From NCBI GenBank assembly GCA_963845535.1, contig CAWJSK010000009.1, forward strand, positions 1 through 57,519: a DNA stretch of 57,519 nucleotides. The letters run 5' to 3'. The notes beneath the pieces are model-generated. The model was not told where the DNA came from and searched no databases. It worked only from the letters and a program-made list of their open reading frames with translations. Numbering within the stretch: the stretch's first letter is position 1; each line of letters begins with the position of its first letter. The stretch comes from an uncultured Spirochaetota bacterium. Lineage in GTDB: Bacteria > Spirochaetota > Spirochaetia > SZUA-6 > Fen-1364. Positions 28,911-38,275 of the stretch are shown here, one piece after another. Position numbers and translations under genes: made by a program.

Positions 28911-29407
28911 CCACTTCTCAGTCAAAGCTCGAGGTAATTGCCCCGGCCAACGAGCCGGTGATCATTACCCATCGTTTTTTCAGAGCCCCGGCGTCCCTGT
29001 TGTTCACGGCGTGGACCACCCCCGAACATATGAAGCAATGGCTCGGGCCGAAGGAGCTCGAAATGATCTCCTGCGAAGTCGACTTACGCGTGGGGGGCAG
29101 TTACCGGTATGTGCATCGCGGATCCGACGGCAAGGAATACGGGTTCCACGGCAAATACCTGGAGATCGAAGCTCCGCACCGGATGGTGTGCACGTTCGTC
29201 TTCGAGCTTTTCCCCCAGAATGAAGCCGTCGACACCCTGACGCTCGAGGAGAAGGACGGCGGGACGCTGGTTACCACGCACACCCGCCACCCCTCCATCG
29301 AGGCCCGCGACGGCCACCTTGCCGGCGGCATGGAGCGCGGCATGTCCGAAGGCTACGAGCGGCTGGACGTGCTTATTGCGAAACTGTCGGAGAAGGGAAA
29401 ACCTTGA
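28907..29407 (+). CDS. SRPBCC/AHSA1-like domain protein
   Basis: AWTTPEHMKQWLGP, DLRVGGSYRY, FHGKYLEI, GMERG; ATGA overlap with arsR. Confidence 0.9.
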   Translation: MTTSQSKLEVIAPANEPVIITHRFFRAPASLLFTAWTTPEHMKQWLGPKELEMISCEVDLRVGGSYRYVHRGSDGKEYGFHGKYLEIEAPHRMVCTFVFELFPQNEAVDTLTLEEKDGGTLVTTHTRHPSIEARDGHLAGGMERGMSEGYERLDVLIAKLSEKGKP

Positions 29408-29563
29408 TGGACATGCGGGCAAAGATCCGGCCTCATGGTGCACTGAGCTGAACCAGCCGCTGACGGAGTAGAGCTGGGAACGGGACCAGATGAACGCAGG
29501 GCGGAGACCGTACATCGTGGTGACGGTGCCTGCCGCGCTCATCTGGTCCCCGGGGAAGGCGCA

Positions 29564-29740
29564 CTACTTCTGCGCGGTGAGGAACGCCTCGACATCATTT
29601 GCTTTGATGAACCCCAGCGCGACCGCGATGTCACCGAAATGTCGCGTGTCGCCCGCTGTCTTTGCGCTCACCACAGCGTCCACCTGGGACTGATTCATCA
29701 CGCCCGTTCTGATCATGTAATCGCCTATCCGCTCTGGCAT
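29564..29740 (-). CDS. 58-aa stand-alone MshEN/GSPII-N-like protein
   Basis: C-terminal end of ORF 29564-30739; own AAGGAG RBS; MPERIGDYMIRTGVMNQSQVDAVVSAKTAGDTRHFGDIAVALGFI. Confidence 0.75.
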   Translation of the reverse strand: MPERIGDYMIRTGVMNQSQVDAVVSAKTAGDTRHFGDIAVALGFIKANDVEAFLTAQK

Positions 29741-29835
29741 GGCACTCCTTTCACTGAGACACGGCTCGCAGGAGTATAATGCGGGGACAGCCTTGGCCGC
29801 AAGGTGAAGCGCCCATGGCTGACGCCGGCCAAGGA

Positions 29836-30771
29836 CTACCGCTGACTGAACGCGCTCACGGCCAGGGATACGATGATGAGCCCGCCAATGGCTACGTCCT
29901 GGAAGTATGCGTTCACCTGCAGCATGTTCAGCGCGTTGGAGATGATCCCGGTCAGCAACACTCCGAAGAAGGTCCCGATGACCTTGCCCCTGCCTCCCGT
30001 CATCGGCGTTCCTCCGATCACCACGGCGCCGATTGCCTGAAGCTCGATCCCGCTCCCTGTCGAAGGCTGGGCCGCGCCGATCCGGGACAGGAGCAGCATG
30101 GCAGCCGTTCCCACGAGCAGTCCGTTGATGATGAAGAAGATGAGCTTGTTCAGGTTGATCGGGATGCCCGCGAGATACGTTGCCTGGACGTTGCTCCCGA
30201 TAGCGAACGCCCTGCGGCCAAGCTTCATGTATTTCAGGATAAAATGAATGACGAGGTACCCGGCAATGCTGATGAGGAAAAGCAGCGGGATGATGTTGAA
30301 AAACCGCTTGGTTCCCAGGAACTCGAACTTTCCATAGATCAGCTGGAGTACCCCCTTCGTCAAAGCCAGGGCAATACCCCGGAAGATCCCGATACAGGCG
30401 AGGGAAATGATGAACGACGGCGCCTTGAACAGGATGGAGCTTGCCCCTACGAAGAAAGCGTTGAACGTGGCAAGCAGGACGCCGGCAATGACCGCCGGCG
30501 CGTAGCCATATCCCGCCTTGATCATCATGGCCATAATGCAGGCCGAGATGCCGATGTTCGCCCCCACGGATATGTCGAAGTTGCCCGAGATCATGAGGAG
30601 CGTCGCCCCGGCGGCTACAAGGCCAAGGACGGAGACCTGCTCCAGGATATTCTCGATGTTGTTCAGTCCGAAGAACCGCGGGTTGATGAGGCCCGTCACG
30701 ATTGCGAGCGCCGCCTCCACGATGAGCAGGAAAAACCACTGTTCGCGAAATATCGCAACGGTTCTCTTCAT
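29836..30771 (-). CDS. sugar ABC permease (RbsC-like)
   Basis: ISGNFDISVG, LGRRAFAIGSN..A.YLAGI, ELQAIGAVVIGGT.MTGGRG. Confidence 0.92.
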   Translation of the reverse strand: MKRTVAIFREQWFFLLIVEAALAIVTGLINPRFFGLNNIENILEQVSVLGLVAAGATLLMISGNFDISVGANIGISACIMAMMIKAGYGYAPAVIAGVLLATFNAFFVGASSILFKAPSFIISLACIGIFRGIALALTKGVLQLIYGKFEFLGTKRFFNIIPLLFLISIAGYLVIHFILKYMKLGRRAFAIGSNVQATYLAGIPINLNKLIFFIINGLLVGTAAMLLLSRIGAAQPSTGSGIELQAIGAVVIGGTPMTGGRGKVIGTFFGVLLTGIISNALNMLQVNAYFQDVAIGGLIIVSLAVSAFSQR

Positions 30772-30772
30772 G

Positions 30773-32253
30773 TCAGACTCCGATGAAATGTTTGATGAGC
30801 TGTTCTTCGGTGATCCCGCGCCTGTCCAGCACGTGGGTGAGCCTTCCCCCCCGCATGACGCCAATGCGGTCGCTCATGGATATCAGCTCGGGCATGTCGG
30901 ACGACACCATGATGATGCTCTTGCCCGCCTTTGCCAGCTCCACCATGAGCCGGAATATCTCCGCGCGCGCGCCCACATCGACGCCCTTGGTGGGCTCGTC
31001 GAAGATGTACAACGTCGCGTCGCTCAGGAGCCACCTTCCAATGATCGCCTTTTGCTGATTTCCGCCGGACAGCTCGGCGATGGTCTGCGTGTCCTGATCC
31101 GTCACGGCAATAGCAAGCCTTTTCACCATCTCCTGCACGCGGCGGCGTTCCTTGATGAGGTTGAGCACGGGCGGTTCATGACGCTCATTGTGGACGATGG
31201 AGATATTCTCCGCGACACTGCGTGGCGCGAACATCGCAAGCTTCTTCCTGTCCTCGGTGATGAGACAGATGCCGGCGTGCACCGCGTCATGCGGGTTCCG
31301 CACGCGAGCGGGCCGTCCGTTGATGAGGATCTCACCGGTTTCCTTCCTGTCCGCGCCGAAGATCAGGTTGACGAGCTCGCTGCGGCCTGAGCCCACAAGG
31401 CCGCCGATCCCGAAGATCTCCCCCGGCGCACCTCGAAGCTTACGTCTTCCACTGCGCCGCGCCGACCGAGGTGGCGAAGCTCAACCTGGACGGGACCCGG
31501 CTCCACCTCCTCTTTTGCGTAGAAGAGGGAAGCGTCCCGCCCCACCATCTTGCGGATGACGGTGTCCATGTCGATCTGGCCCGTGGGGAAAGTGCCCATG
31601 CTCTCCCCGTCCTTGAGGATCGTGATCGTGTCACCGATCTCGAAGATCTCCTCCAGGTAGTGGGAGATGTAGATAACGCCGATACCCTTTCCCTTGAGCT
31701 CCCGGACGAGGCTCATCAGGGAGTTCGTCTCCTCCAGGCCAAGGGAGCTGGTCGGCTCGTCCATGATGATGACCTTCGCGTCCCGATAGAGGGCCTTGAC
31801 GATCTGCAGCATCTGTTTCTGTGCCGAAGAAAGGCTCTCCACAATCGCGCCTTCCCTCAGATTGAGGCGGAGGGATTGAATGAGAGCGCGGGATTTCTCA
31901 TATTGCCTCCGAGAATCCACAACGAGAGGGAAGGCGGCTCTCTTCTCGTTGCCGAGGAATATGTTGTCCGCCACGGTAAGGCTTTCGATCAGCTCCGCTT
32001 CCTGGTAGACGGTGGAGACCCCCAGCTCTATGGCCTGCCGCGGCCTCAGCCCCTTGTATTCCGTTCCGTTCAGGACGATCGTTCCGGACTCCGGCGTGAT
32101 TGCTCCCGAGAGAATCTTCGTCAGGGTGGACTTGCCGGCGCCGTTCTCCCCAACGAGGCAATGGACTTCTCCTTCTGCCAGGTCGAAGGTGACGTTGTTG
32201 AGCGCCTTGTGCTGGCCGTAGATCTTCGTGGCGTTGCGGATGGATGCTAACAC
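30773..32253 (-). pseudogene. sugar ABC ATPase (RbsA-like), frameshifted at a C5 run (31420-31424)
   Basis: GENGAGKST and MDEPTSSL in ORF 31363-32253; GLVGSGRSEL, LSGGNQQK, DEPTKGVDVGA in ORF 30773-31396; one extra G restores VRRGEIFGIGGLVG. Confidence 0.88.
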
Positions 32254-32264
32254 TGCGCTCTCCG

Positions 32265-32300
32265 AAAAAGTGCCGCACGGGTTTCCCCGCGCGGCTTTCT
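32265..32300 (-). terminator. hairpin after the sugar SBP gene
   Basis: GC-rich imperfect stem followed on the minus strand by a short T tract. Confidence 0.4.
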
Positions 32301-32313
32301 CATCTGTGACGGC

Positions 32314-33351
32314 CTAGTAAAGCCCGTTGTACTGGGGGAAGTTGGTCTTGGTCAGCTGGAGCCACACCGGATCCACCTCCCAGGGAATGACCTTGGTCTT
32401 GTCGTCAATCGTCTTGGGGGTGATGGGTGCGATGGGCAGGAGGATCTGCTGGTTCTTGGTCGTGACCTTTCCGTTCACGTAAGAATGCAGCGCGAGGAAA
32501 GAGATCATGCCTTCCCAGCCGGGGGAGCTGGAGACGGAATACTTGATCCCGCCTTCCTTCATGGCCTCGATGCCCGAGGGAGAGCCGTTCGTCGTGATGA
32601 CCTTTATGGGGTTATTGAGAAGCCCGCGGGTCTTCAGCATGCGGACCACGGCAACGCCCATGTCGTCGTTGAACAGGAAGAGCACGGAGAACTTCTGGCC
32701 TGACTGGATGAGGTCCTGGGCCTGGTTCACTGCCTCGTTCGGGTCATAGCGGCCGTCACGCACGGCGACGATCTTGTTCTTGCCCAGCTGGGCAACGGTG
32801 GGCTCGAAGGACGCGCGGAACATCTGCACGGGGATGTGCTCGAACAGGCCCATGATCACCGCGATGTTTTCTCCGGGATAGGTCTTGGCGATGTACTGCG
32901 CCACGTCCTTGCCCATTGCATTCCAGTCGAAGTCAATCGCGGCCACCACGTCGGAGCCGGACTTCAGCACCTGGCCCACGTTGTCCGTGACCACGAGCGG
33001 GATGTTCGCCGCGGCGCACTTCTTTGCCGCGATGTTGGCCCCGTTCTGGTTGAATGTGAAGATGCACATCCCGTCGACCCCCTGGTTGATCAGGGAGTCG
33101 ATGTTGGCAATCTCCTTTTCCGCGTTGTAGTCGGAGTTCAGGACGATCACCTTTGCTCCTGCCCTCTGCGCGGCGTAGACGAACCCGTCCACGTCCCTCT
33201 TGTACCAGGTGTCCGGTCCGGGGGTGACGTAGCCGTAGACGAGCTGCTTGCCCGCAGGGGCGGCGAACAGCGTCATGTCTCCGAGGACGATCGCAACAAA
33301 GGCGAACGCCACTGCAAGTACTTTTGGTCCAATGAGCCATCTTCTATCCAT
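32314..33351 (-). CDS. sugar ABC substrate-binding protein
   Basis: Signal peptide after a GAGGAGG RBS; EIANIDSLINQGVDG, IPLVVTD, NDDMG, NGSPSGIEAMKEG. Confidence 0.9.
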   Translation of the reverse strand: MDRRWLIGPKVLAVAFAFVAIVLGDMTLFAAPAGKQLVYGYVTPGPDTWYKRDVDGFVYAAQRAGAKVIVLNSDYNAEKEIANIDSLINQGVDGMCIFTFNQNGANIAAKKCAAANIPLVVTDNVGQVLKSGSDVVAAIDFDWNAMGKDVAQYIAKTYPGENIAVIMGLFEHIPVQMFRASFEPTVAQLGKNKIVAVRDGRYDPNEAVNQAQDLIQSGQKFSVLFLFNDDMGVAVVRMLKTRGLLNNPIKVITTNGSPSGIEAMKEGGIKYSVSSSPGWEGMISFLALHSYVNGKVTTKNQQILLPIAPITPKTIDDKTKVIPWEVDPVWLQLTKTNFPQYNGLY

Positions 33352-33382
33352 GTGATACCTCCTCTTCGATTTCTCCGGGGAG

Positions 33383-34255
33383 CTACCGCTCCTCGGGGAT
33401 GCCGAGATCCTTGAGAGTGCGGCGCAGCCAGGCAAGGGACTTCTCGATGAGAGGCCCGCCCTGGCCTTCGCATTCCATGCTGAGAACGCCGCTGTAGCCG
33501 CTGTCGCGCAGCAGGCCAATGACTTTCCTGATGTTGTCCGCGTTCACGCCGTCACCGATTGCGCACTGGCTGACCGCGATGCCTGTCTCCTTGCCGCGCG
33601 CCGCGGCGGCGAGGCTTTCCGAGACGTCCTTGACGTGCACGTGGTTGATCCGCTTGATAAAACTCTTGCAGAACTCGACCGGGTCATGTCCGGCGATGAA
33701 GGAGTTGCCCGTGTCGAAGTTCAGCCCGAAATGGCTGCTCTTCGTGAAGTCCAGCATCTTCGCGATCATGTCGGGCTGCGTGGTGAAGTAGCCATGGATC
33801 TCGATGTTGATGTTGATCCCGTAGACATCAGCCGTCTCCACGATGGTGCCATAGCTCTGCTTCATCATCTCCATGGCCTGGGCGTCACTGAGCCCTTCGG
33901 GCTTCAGAAGGCCGTCGGTTGTAGCGATGTTCGGGCAGCCGGCCACCCGGGCCCATGGCAACGTTTTCAGGACGTACGGAACGCCGAGGTACGGACCATC
34001 CTTGCCGGACAGGGGGTAGGCAGCGTCAACCTGGGAGAACCGCACGCTGTAGCTCCGCTCCATCTTACGGGAGAGCACGAGCGGATCTTCTGTGAGGGAA
34101 ACATGGGGGAAATATCCCAGGCCGTGGATCCAGGAGACACCTTCTATGATGCCGCATTCGATGAGGTGGACGTCGTTCTTCTGTGCCCACTGGAGGGCCT
34201 TCTCGAAGCTGAATGCCGCAGAATTGAAGGCATCCGTGTGGAAGCTGATCTTCAT
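33383..34255 (-). CDS. sugar phosphate isomerase/epimerase (xylose isomerase-like TIM barrel)
   Basis: NIEIHG, NFDTGN, HVHVKD, IGDG, YSGVLSMEC metal ligands. Confidence 0.88.
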   Translation of the reverse strand: MKISFHTDAFNSAAFSFEKALQWAQKNDVHLIECGIIEGVSWIHGLGYFPHVSLTEDPLVLSRKMERSYSVRFSQVDAAYPLSGKDGPYLGVPYVLKTLPWARVAGCPNIATTDGLLKPEGLSDAQAMEMMKQSYGTIVETADVYGININIEIHGYFTTQPDMIAKMLDFTKSSHFGLNFDTGNSFIAGHDPVEFCKSFIKRINHVHVKDVSESLAAAARGKETGIAVSQCAIGDGVNADNIRKVIGLLRDSGYSGVLSMECEGQGGPLIEKSLAWLRRTLKDLGIPEER

Positions 34256-34383
34256 TTCAAGGTCCTTTCGGGGCACAAGGCATGGTGGTTTTTATTTGAG
34301 AGAGACCTTATCCTAAGGCGGAGACACTTTCCCGTCAAGGCTGCGCAGCGGGCAGGCTGCGAACGGGCAGGCGTGAAAGGCAA

Positions 34384-35133
34384 ATGAGGAGTCAACAACC
34401 ACGGATGAAGAACGCAACCGGCGACGCCAGATCGAGCGCGCGGCGGATTGTCGCGCTCCTCGGATTCCCTATCCTCCTGGCCGCCGTCTTTGCGCCGGTG
34501 GTGATTTTCCGTCACGATCTCTGGGGGCTTTTCTCCTCCGTGCACAAGGTGGAGGAGTGGGTCCGCACCAGCGGTCCCTGGGCGCCTTTGGCCTTCATCG
34601 GAATCCAGGTCTTCCACGTCATCATCTTCATCATCCCCGGAGAGGCGGTCCAGATCGCCGGCGGTTATCTGTTCGGGATATGGCCGGGCGCGCTCTACGC
34701 GGCCATCGGCGTTCTGATTGGTTCGCCGATCGACTTCTACCTCGCCCGGCTTTTTGGCGTGCCCTTTGTGAACGCGCTCTTCACGCCTCAGAAAGTTGAA
34801 AAGCTGAGAGCGCCATTGGGATCCCCTGGCTCGAAGGCTGCCTTGTTCCTTCTTTTCCTGATCCCGGGAATCCCGAAGGACGCCGTATGTTATGTTTCGG
34901 GCCTTTCCCCGTTGCGTTTTCGATTCTTCATCCTTGCCTCGATGGCGGGCCGGCTTCCCGGGATCATCGGCAGTTCCTTCATCGGAAGCGCGGCCGCGGA
35001 CCAGAAGTGGCTGCTCGCGGGCGCTGTTTTTGCTGGAGCGACGCTCCTGTTCGCGGCAGGATTCTTCCTCAGAAAACGAATACAGCAGTGGCTCCATGAG
35101 ATGGCTTTGGCGTACGACCGACGTCACCGATGA
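34384..35133 (+). CDS. TVP38/TMEM64 (VTT/DedA superfamily) membrane protein
   Basis: IPGEAVQIAGGYLFG, FYLARLFG, FLIPGIPKDAVCYVSGLS, GRLPG. Confidence 0.9.
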   Translation: MRSQQPRMKNATGDARSSARRIVALLGFPILLAAVFAPVVIFRHDLWGLFSSVHKVEEWVRTSGPWAPLAFIGIQVFHVIIFIIPGEAVQIAGGYLFGIWPGALYAAIGVLIGSPIDFYLARLFGVPFVNALFTPQKVEKLRAPLGSPGSKAALFLLFLIPGIPKDAVCYVSGLSPLRFRFFILASMAGRLPGIIGSSFIGSAAADQKWLLAGAVFAGATLLFAAGFFLRKRIQQWLHEMALAYDRRHR

Positions 35134-35142
35134 AGTCATCGC

Positions 35143-35330
35143 TGTTCCATGTGGTGTTCCACTGCTGTTCCAAGCCGCAGAGGTGGGCGACGTGCTCGTG
35201 TGAAAAGTTATCTCCGCGGGAGATATGGATAAGACATTTCTTTTTAATTCCTTGCTCCGTAAACAAAAAAAGCAGGCATTTCAGGATGGATTGCGCCGTA
35301 CCTGGGGGACTCCATGGCATGGCGATTGCA
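35143..35330 (+). promoter_or_regulatory. sigma54 promoter with upstream TGTTCCA x3 candidate enhancer
   Basis: TGGCAT-GGCGA-TTGCA (35315-30; GG-N10-GC); TGTTCCA at 35143, 35155 and 35166; AT-rich spacer between. Confidence 0.65.
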
Positions 35331-35376
35331 AGGACTGAGGCGAAGCAACTACAGCAACAACAAAAGGCGGTTCGAC

Positions 35377-35613
35377 ATGGCTGACCGGAACAACGGCACA
35401 GAGAAGATCGGTGAGTTCCTCGTCAAGATCGGCGCGATAAAGAAGTGGCAGGTGGAGGATATCCTGATCGTCCAGCAATCGGGCGACACACGCATGTTCG
35501 GCGAGATTGCCATCGCATTCGGCTACGTCGATGACAAGGCGCTCATGCAATACGTCGAATCCCGCGGGCAGAAGAGCCGCGGGGAGAGTCAGGAGGCGCC
35601 GACCTCCACGTGA
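35377..35613 (+). CDS. 78-aa stand-alone MshEN/GSPII-N-like protein, paralogue of 29564-29740
   Basis: EKIGEFLVKIGAIKKWQVEDILIVQQSGDTRMFGEIAIAFGYV. Confidence 0.75.
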   Translation: MADRNNGTEKIGEFLVKIGAIKKWQVEDILIVQQSGDTRMFGEIAIAFGYVDDKALMQYVESRGQKSRGESQEAPTST

Positions 35614-35689
35614 GCCCGGCGCGCCCGCAAGCGCCGGCGTGCTTGACTCCCGTTTGCGGGCGTGGTAGGAAGGCGCGTCCAGGAGCATC

Positions 35690-36667
35690 ATGACAGTCGG
35701 CATCACCTATGACCTGCGTTCCGAATGGCTCGCGCTGGGGTATTCGGAGGTGGAGACCGCGGAGTTCGACCGGGAGGAAACCGTCGACGCCGTGGAAGCG
35801 GCGCTGCGCGCCGAGGGATTCGCCACCGAGCGGATCGGCAACTTCCGCGGGCTCATGTCCGCGCTTGCCGCGGGGCGGCGGTGGGACCTCGTGTTCAATT
35901 TCTGCGAAGGGATGCACGGGCTGGGCCGCGAAGCTCTTGTGCCCGCGCTCCTCGACGAGCACAGGATACCCTACACGTTTTCTGATCCGGCCGTCCTGGC
36001 TGTCTGTCTCCATAAAGGGCTCACCAAGCGGGTTGTCAGGGACGCCGGTGTCCGAACGCCGGACTTCGCCATGGTGCAGGCCATTGCGGACGTTGACCAG
36101 GTGTCGCTTGCGTATCCGCTTTTCGCAAAGCCGATTGCGGAGGGAACGGGGAAGGGCGTCACTCCTCGATCACGCATCTGTGACCCGTCCGAGCTTCGGG
36201 AGGTGTGCCAGGGACTGCTGCGGGAGTATCGACAGCCCGTGCTCGTGGAGGAGTACCTGCCGGGCAGGGAGTTCACCACCGGGATCGTCGGCACCGGCGC
36301 AAAAGCAGAGGCGGTGGGGACAATGGAAGTCATCATGCGGGACACCGCGGAGCCGCACGCCTATACCTACGTGAACAAGGAGGATTGCGACCAGCGCATC
36401 TTCTACGAGCTGGCCGGGGGAGAGGAAGCCCGCGCATGCGCGGACATTTCCCTGCGGGCGTGGCGGGCCCTGGGATGTCGGGATTCGGGTCGGATCGACA
36501 TACGGATGGACTCAGCGGGAAGAGTGAGCTTCATGGAGGTCAACCCGCTTGCCGGCCTGCACCCGAAGCACTCCGACCTGCCCATCATCTGCTCCCTGGC
36601 AGGGGTGAGCTTTCAGGAGCTGATCCATCGCATCATGGCGTCAGCCAGGGTCCGCTGCGGGGCCTGA
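35690..36667 (+). CDS. D-Ala-D-Ala ligase-like ATP-grasp protein
   Basis: VGITYDLR, AEFD, DLVFNFCEG, YPLFAKPIAEGTGKG, VEEYLPGREF, GRIDIR, MEVNPLAGL. Confidence 0.88.
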   Translation: MTVGITYDLRSEWLALGYSEVETAEFDREETVDAVEAALRAEGFATERIGNFRGLMSALAAGRRWDLVFNFCEGMHGLGREALVPALLDEHRIPYTFSDPAVLAVCLHKGLTKRVVRDAGVRTPDFAMVQAIADVDQVSLAYPLFAKPIAEGTGKGVTPRSRICDPSELREVCQGLLREYRQPVLVEEYLPGREFTTGIVGTGAKAEAVGTMEVIMRDTAEPHAYTYVNKEDCDQRIFYELAGGEEARACADISLRAWRALGCRDSGRIDIRMDSAGRVSFMEVNPLAGLHPKHSDLPIICSLAGVSFQELIHRIMASARVRCGA

Positions 36668-37558
36668 GAAGCCGCGGGGCCCCATCACCGCGTTTGTCTG
36701 GTTTGAGGCCAGCTTGCTGCGAACGCACGCACAGAACCTGTCCAGCACCCATTCGTAGCACGGGGCCGGAAGCTTCTCCGGGCGCACGTCAGGAACGTCG
36801 TTGTAGCTGTCAATAACCACGGGCGTCCGGTCTTTCGTGACGCTCCATTCAACCGTGTTGAAGTCCAGTCCCTGCGCTTCGGTCAGCGCCGCCGTCTTTG
36901 CCGTTACCTCGTCCCTGATGTCCTTGAGGTCATCCGGTCCCAGGAGCGAGTATTCGGCCATATCGAAGGGACGCGGCGTCCAGCGCACAAGAAATACGTC
37001 CCTGCTTTCTACGCAGAAAGCGCGCAGGTAGTCGACATGCTCAACGAGCTCCTGCGCCATGAGGACCCGGGAATCCGAGAGGGATTCGTAGAGGCTTCTG
37101 AGGGCAAGGGGGGTCTCCACGCGAAACACGTCCTGCCAGCCATAGCCGTCAACGGGCTTGAGGATGCAGGGAAAGCCGACTCGTTCCTCCACAACTTTCC
37201 AGTCGGGCTGCGCAACAAGCTCTTTCACGTCCTCCACGCGGTTGATCCGGGGAAGGACTACGGTCCGAGGATAGCGGATGCCAAGAGAATCATAGAGCAG
37301 GAGCTCCGAAAGCTTGTCCGTGGTGTGAGTGAAGAAAGGGTTGTTGATGACATAAGCGCCTGCGCGCGACCAGTAACGCACGATCGTGCGCAGGTACGGA
37401 TCACAGAAGCTCACCCGGTCGATGATCACCCGGTACGGGGAAGGCTGCGGATGGACAAGCTCTCCCTGTCGGATGAACTGGGGCGCCAAGTCATCGAGCC
37501 GCGAGGCCACTCCTCGGATGAAGGAGTTATCCGGGAACTCGAGAATCCCGACCTTCAC
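36641..37558 (-). CDS. RimK/glutathione-synthetase-like ATP-grasp protein
   Basis: YRVIIDRVS, VINNPF, YPRTVVLP, GFPCILKPVDGYGWQDVFRV, MAQE, DFNTVEW. Confidence 0.8.
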   Translation of the reverse strand: MKVGILEFPDNSFIRGVASRLDDLAPQFIRQGELVHPQPSPYRVIIDRVSFCDPYLRTIVRYWSRAGAYVINNPFFTHTTDKLSELLLYDSLGIRYPRTVVLPRINRVEDVKELVAQPDWKVVEERVGFPCILKPVDGYGWQDVFRVETPLALRSLYESLSDSRVLMAQELVEHVDYLRAFCVESRDVFLVRWTPRPFDMAEYSLLGPDDLKDIRDEVTAKTAALTEAQGLDFNTVEWSVTKDRTPVVIDSYNDVPDVRPEKLPAPCYEWVLDRFCACVRSKLASNQTNAVMGPRGFSGPAADPG

Positions 37559-37618
37559 CGGCTGACTTTCACCCGGCTAAAGCGGCCTTGAGCGCGGCAC
37601 GGATGACCGGCGTCCTTT

Positions 37619-38101
37619 TCAGAACCAGAGCCGGAAACCTAATGCCGGCTGTACCTCGAAAGTCAGGGGACTGGTGCCGCTTCCGGAGATAGGGATCCAG
37701 GCGGGGGCGACCTCCAGGAAGAGCTCCAGGACGTTTCCCACGGGCCAGATCTGCAACCCGATTGGCAGGCGTGCGCCCAGGGCGAATGAGGACATGTTTC
37801 CCGTTCCAAGAGCAAGGTATCCGCCGATCCCCACGTAGTAGTCGAGGATTCCCGAAAGGCGGCCATGCGTAAACCAATAGTCCATGGTGAAGTCGAATGC
37901 GGAGCCGTTCTGCTCGATCACGCCCCCTACGCCGAAGTACAGCGGCACGCGCGGGATGTGAAATACGAACCTTCCACCCCACCCATTGAAGTTCACCGAC
38001 GCTGCTTCCGCGCCGATTGCGAAATCTCGCGCGAAGGCAGCCGTGGACGCTGCCAGCATGCCAACGGTAACAAGAACGGCCAGGATGACACCCTTTTTCA
38101 T
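37619..38101 (-). CDS. small outer-membrane beta-barrel protein (spirochaete DUF3996-like)
   Basis: Signal peptide; alternating beta strands, YYVGIGG, GARLPIGLQ, ELFLEVAP, C-terminal GFRLWF. Confidence 0.75.
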   Translation of the reverse strand: MKKGVILAVLVTVGMLAASTAAFARDFAIGAEAASVNFNGWGGRFVFHIPRVPLYFGVGGVIEQNGSAFDFTMDYWFTHGRLSGILDYYVGIGGYLALGTGNMSSFALGARLPIGLQIWPVGNVLELFLEVAPAWIPISGSGTSPLTFEVQPALGFRLWF

Positions 38102-38275
38102 GATCTCTCCCTTCGATTTACGGAAACGATGGTAACAGGAATGGTCGACTGCATAAGTATACCCGCAGGCCGTGGTTTTCTCCAGCCGGTTTTCAGCCTC
38201 CTGAATATTCTTGCAGCTCTCGGATACACTCTCAAGATTGACAGCTCGCCGGACCCGTAGTAGAACGGGAAAGCA

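Noticed and set aside
29564..30739. 391-aa ORF as one gene
   Set aside because: Most of it is an alternate frame of the permease; only the last 58 codons have an RBS and a paralogue.
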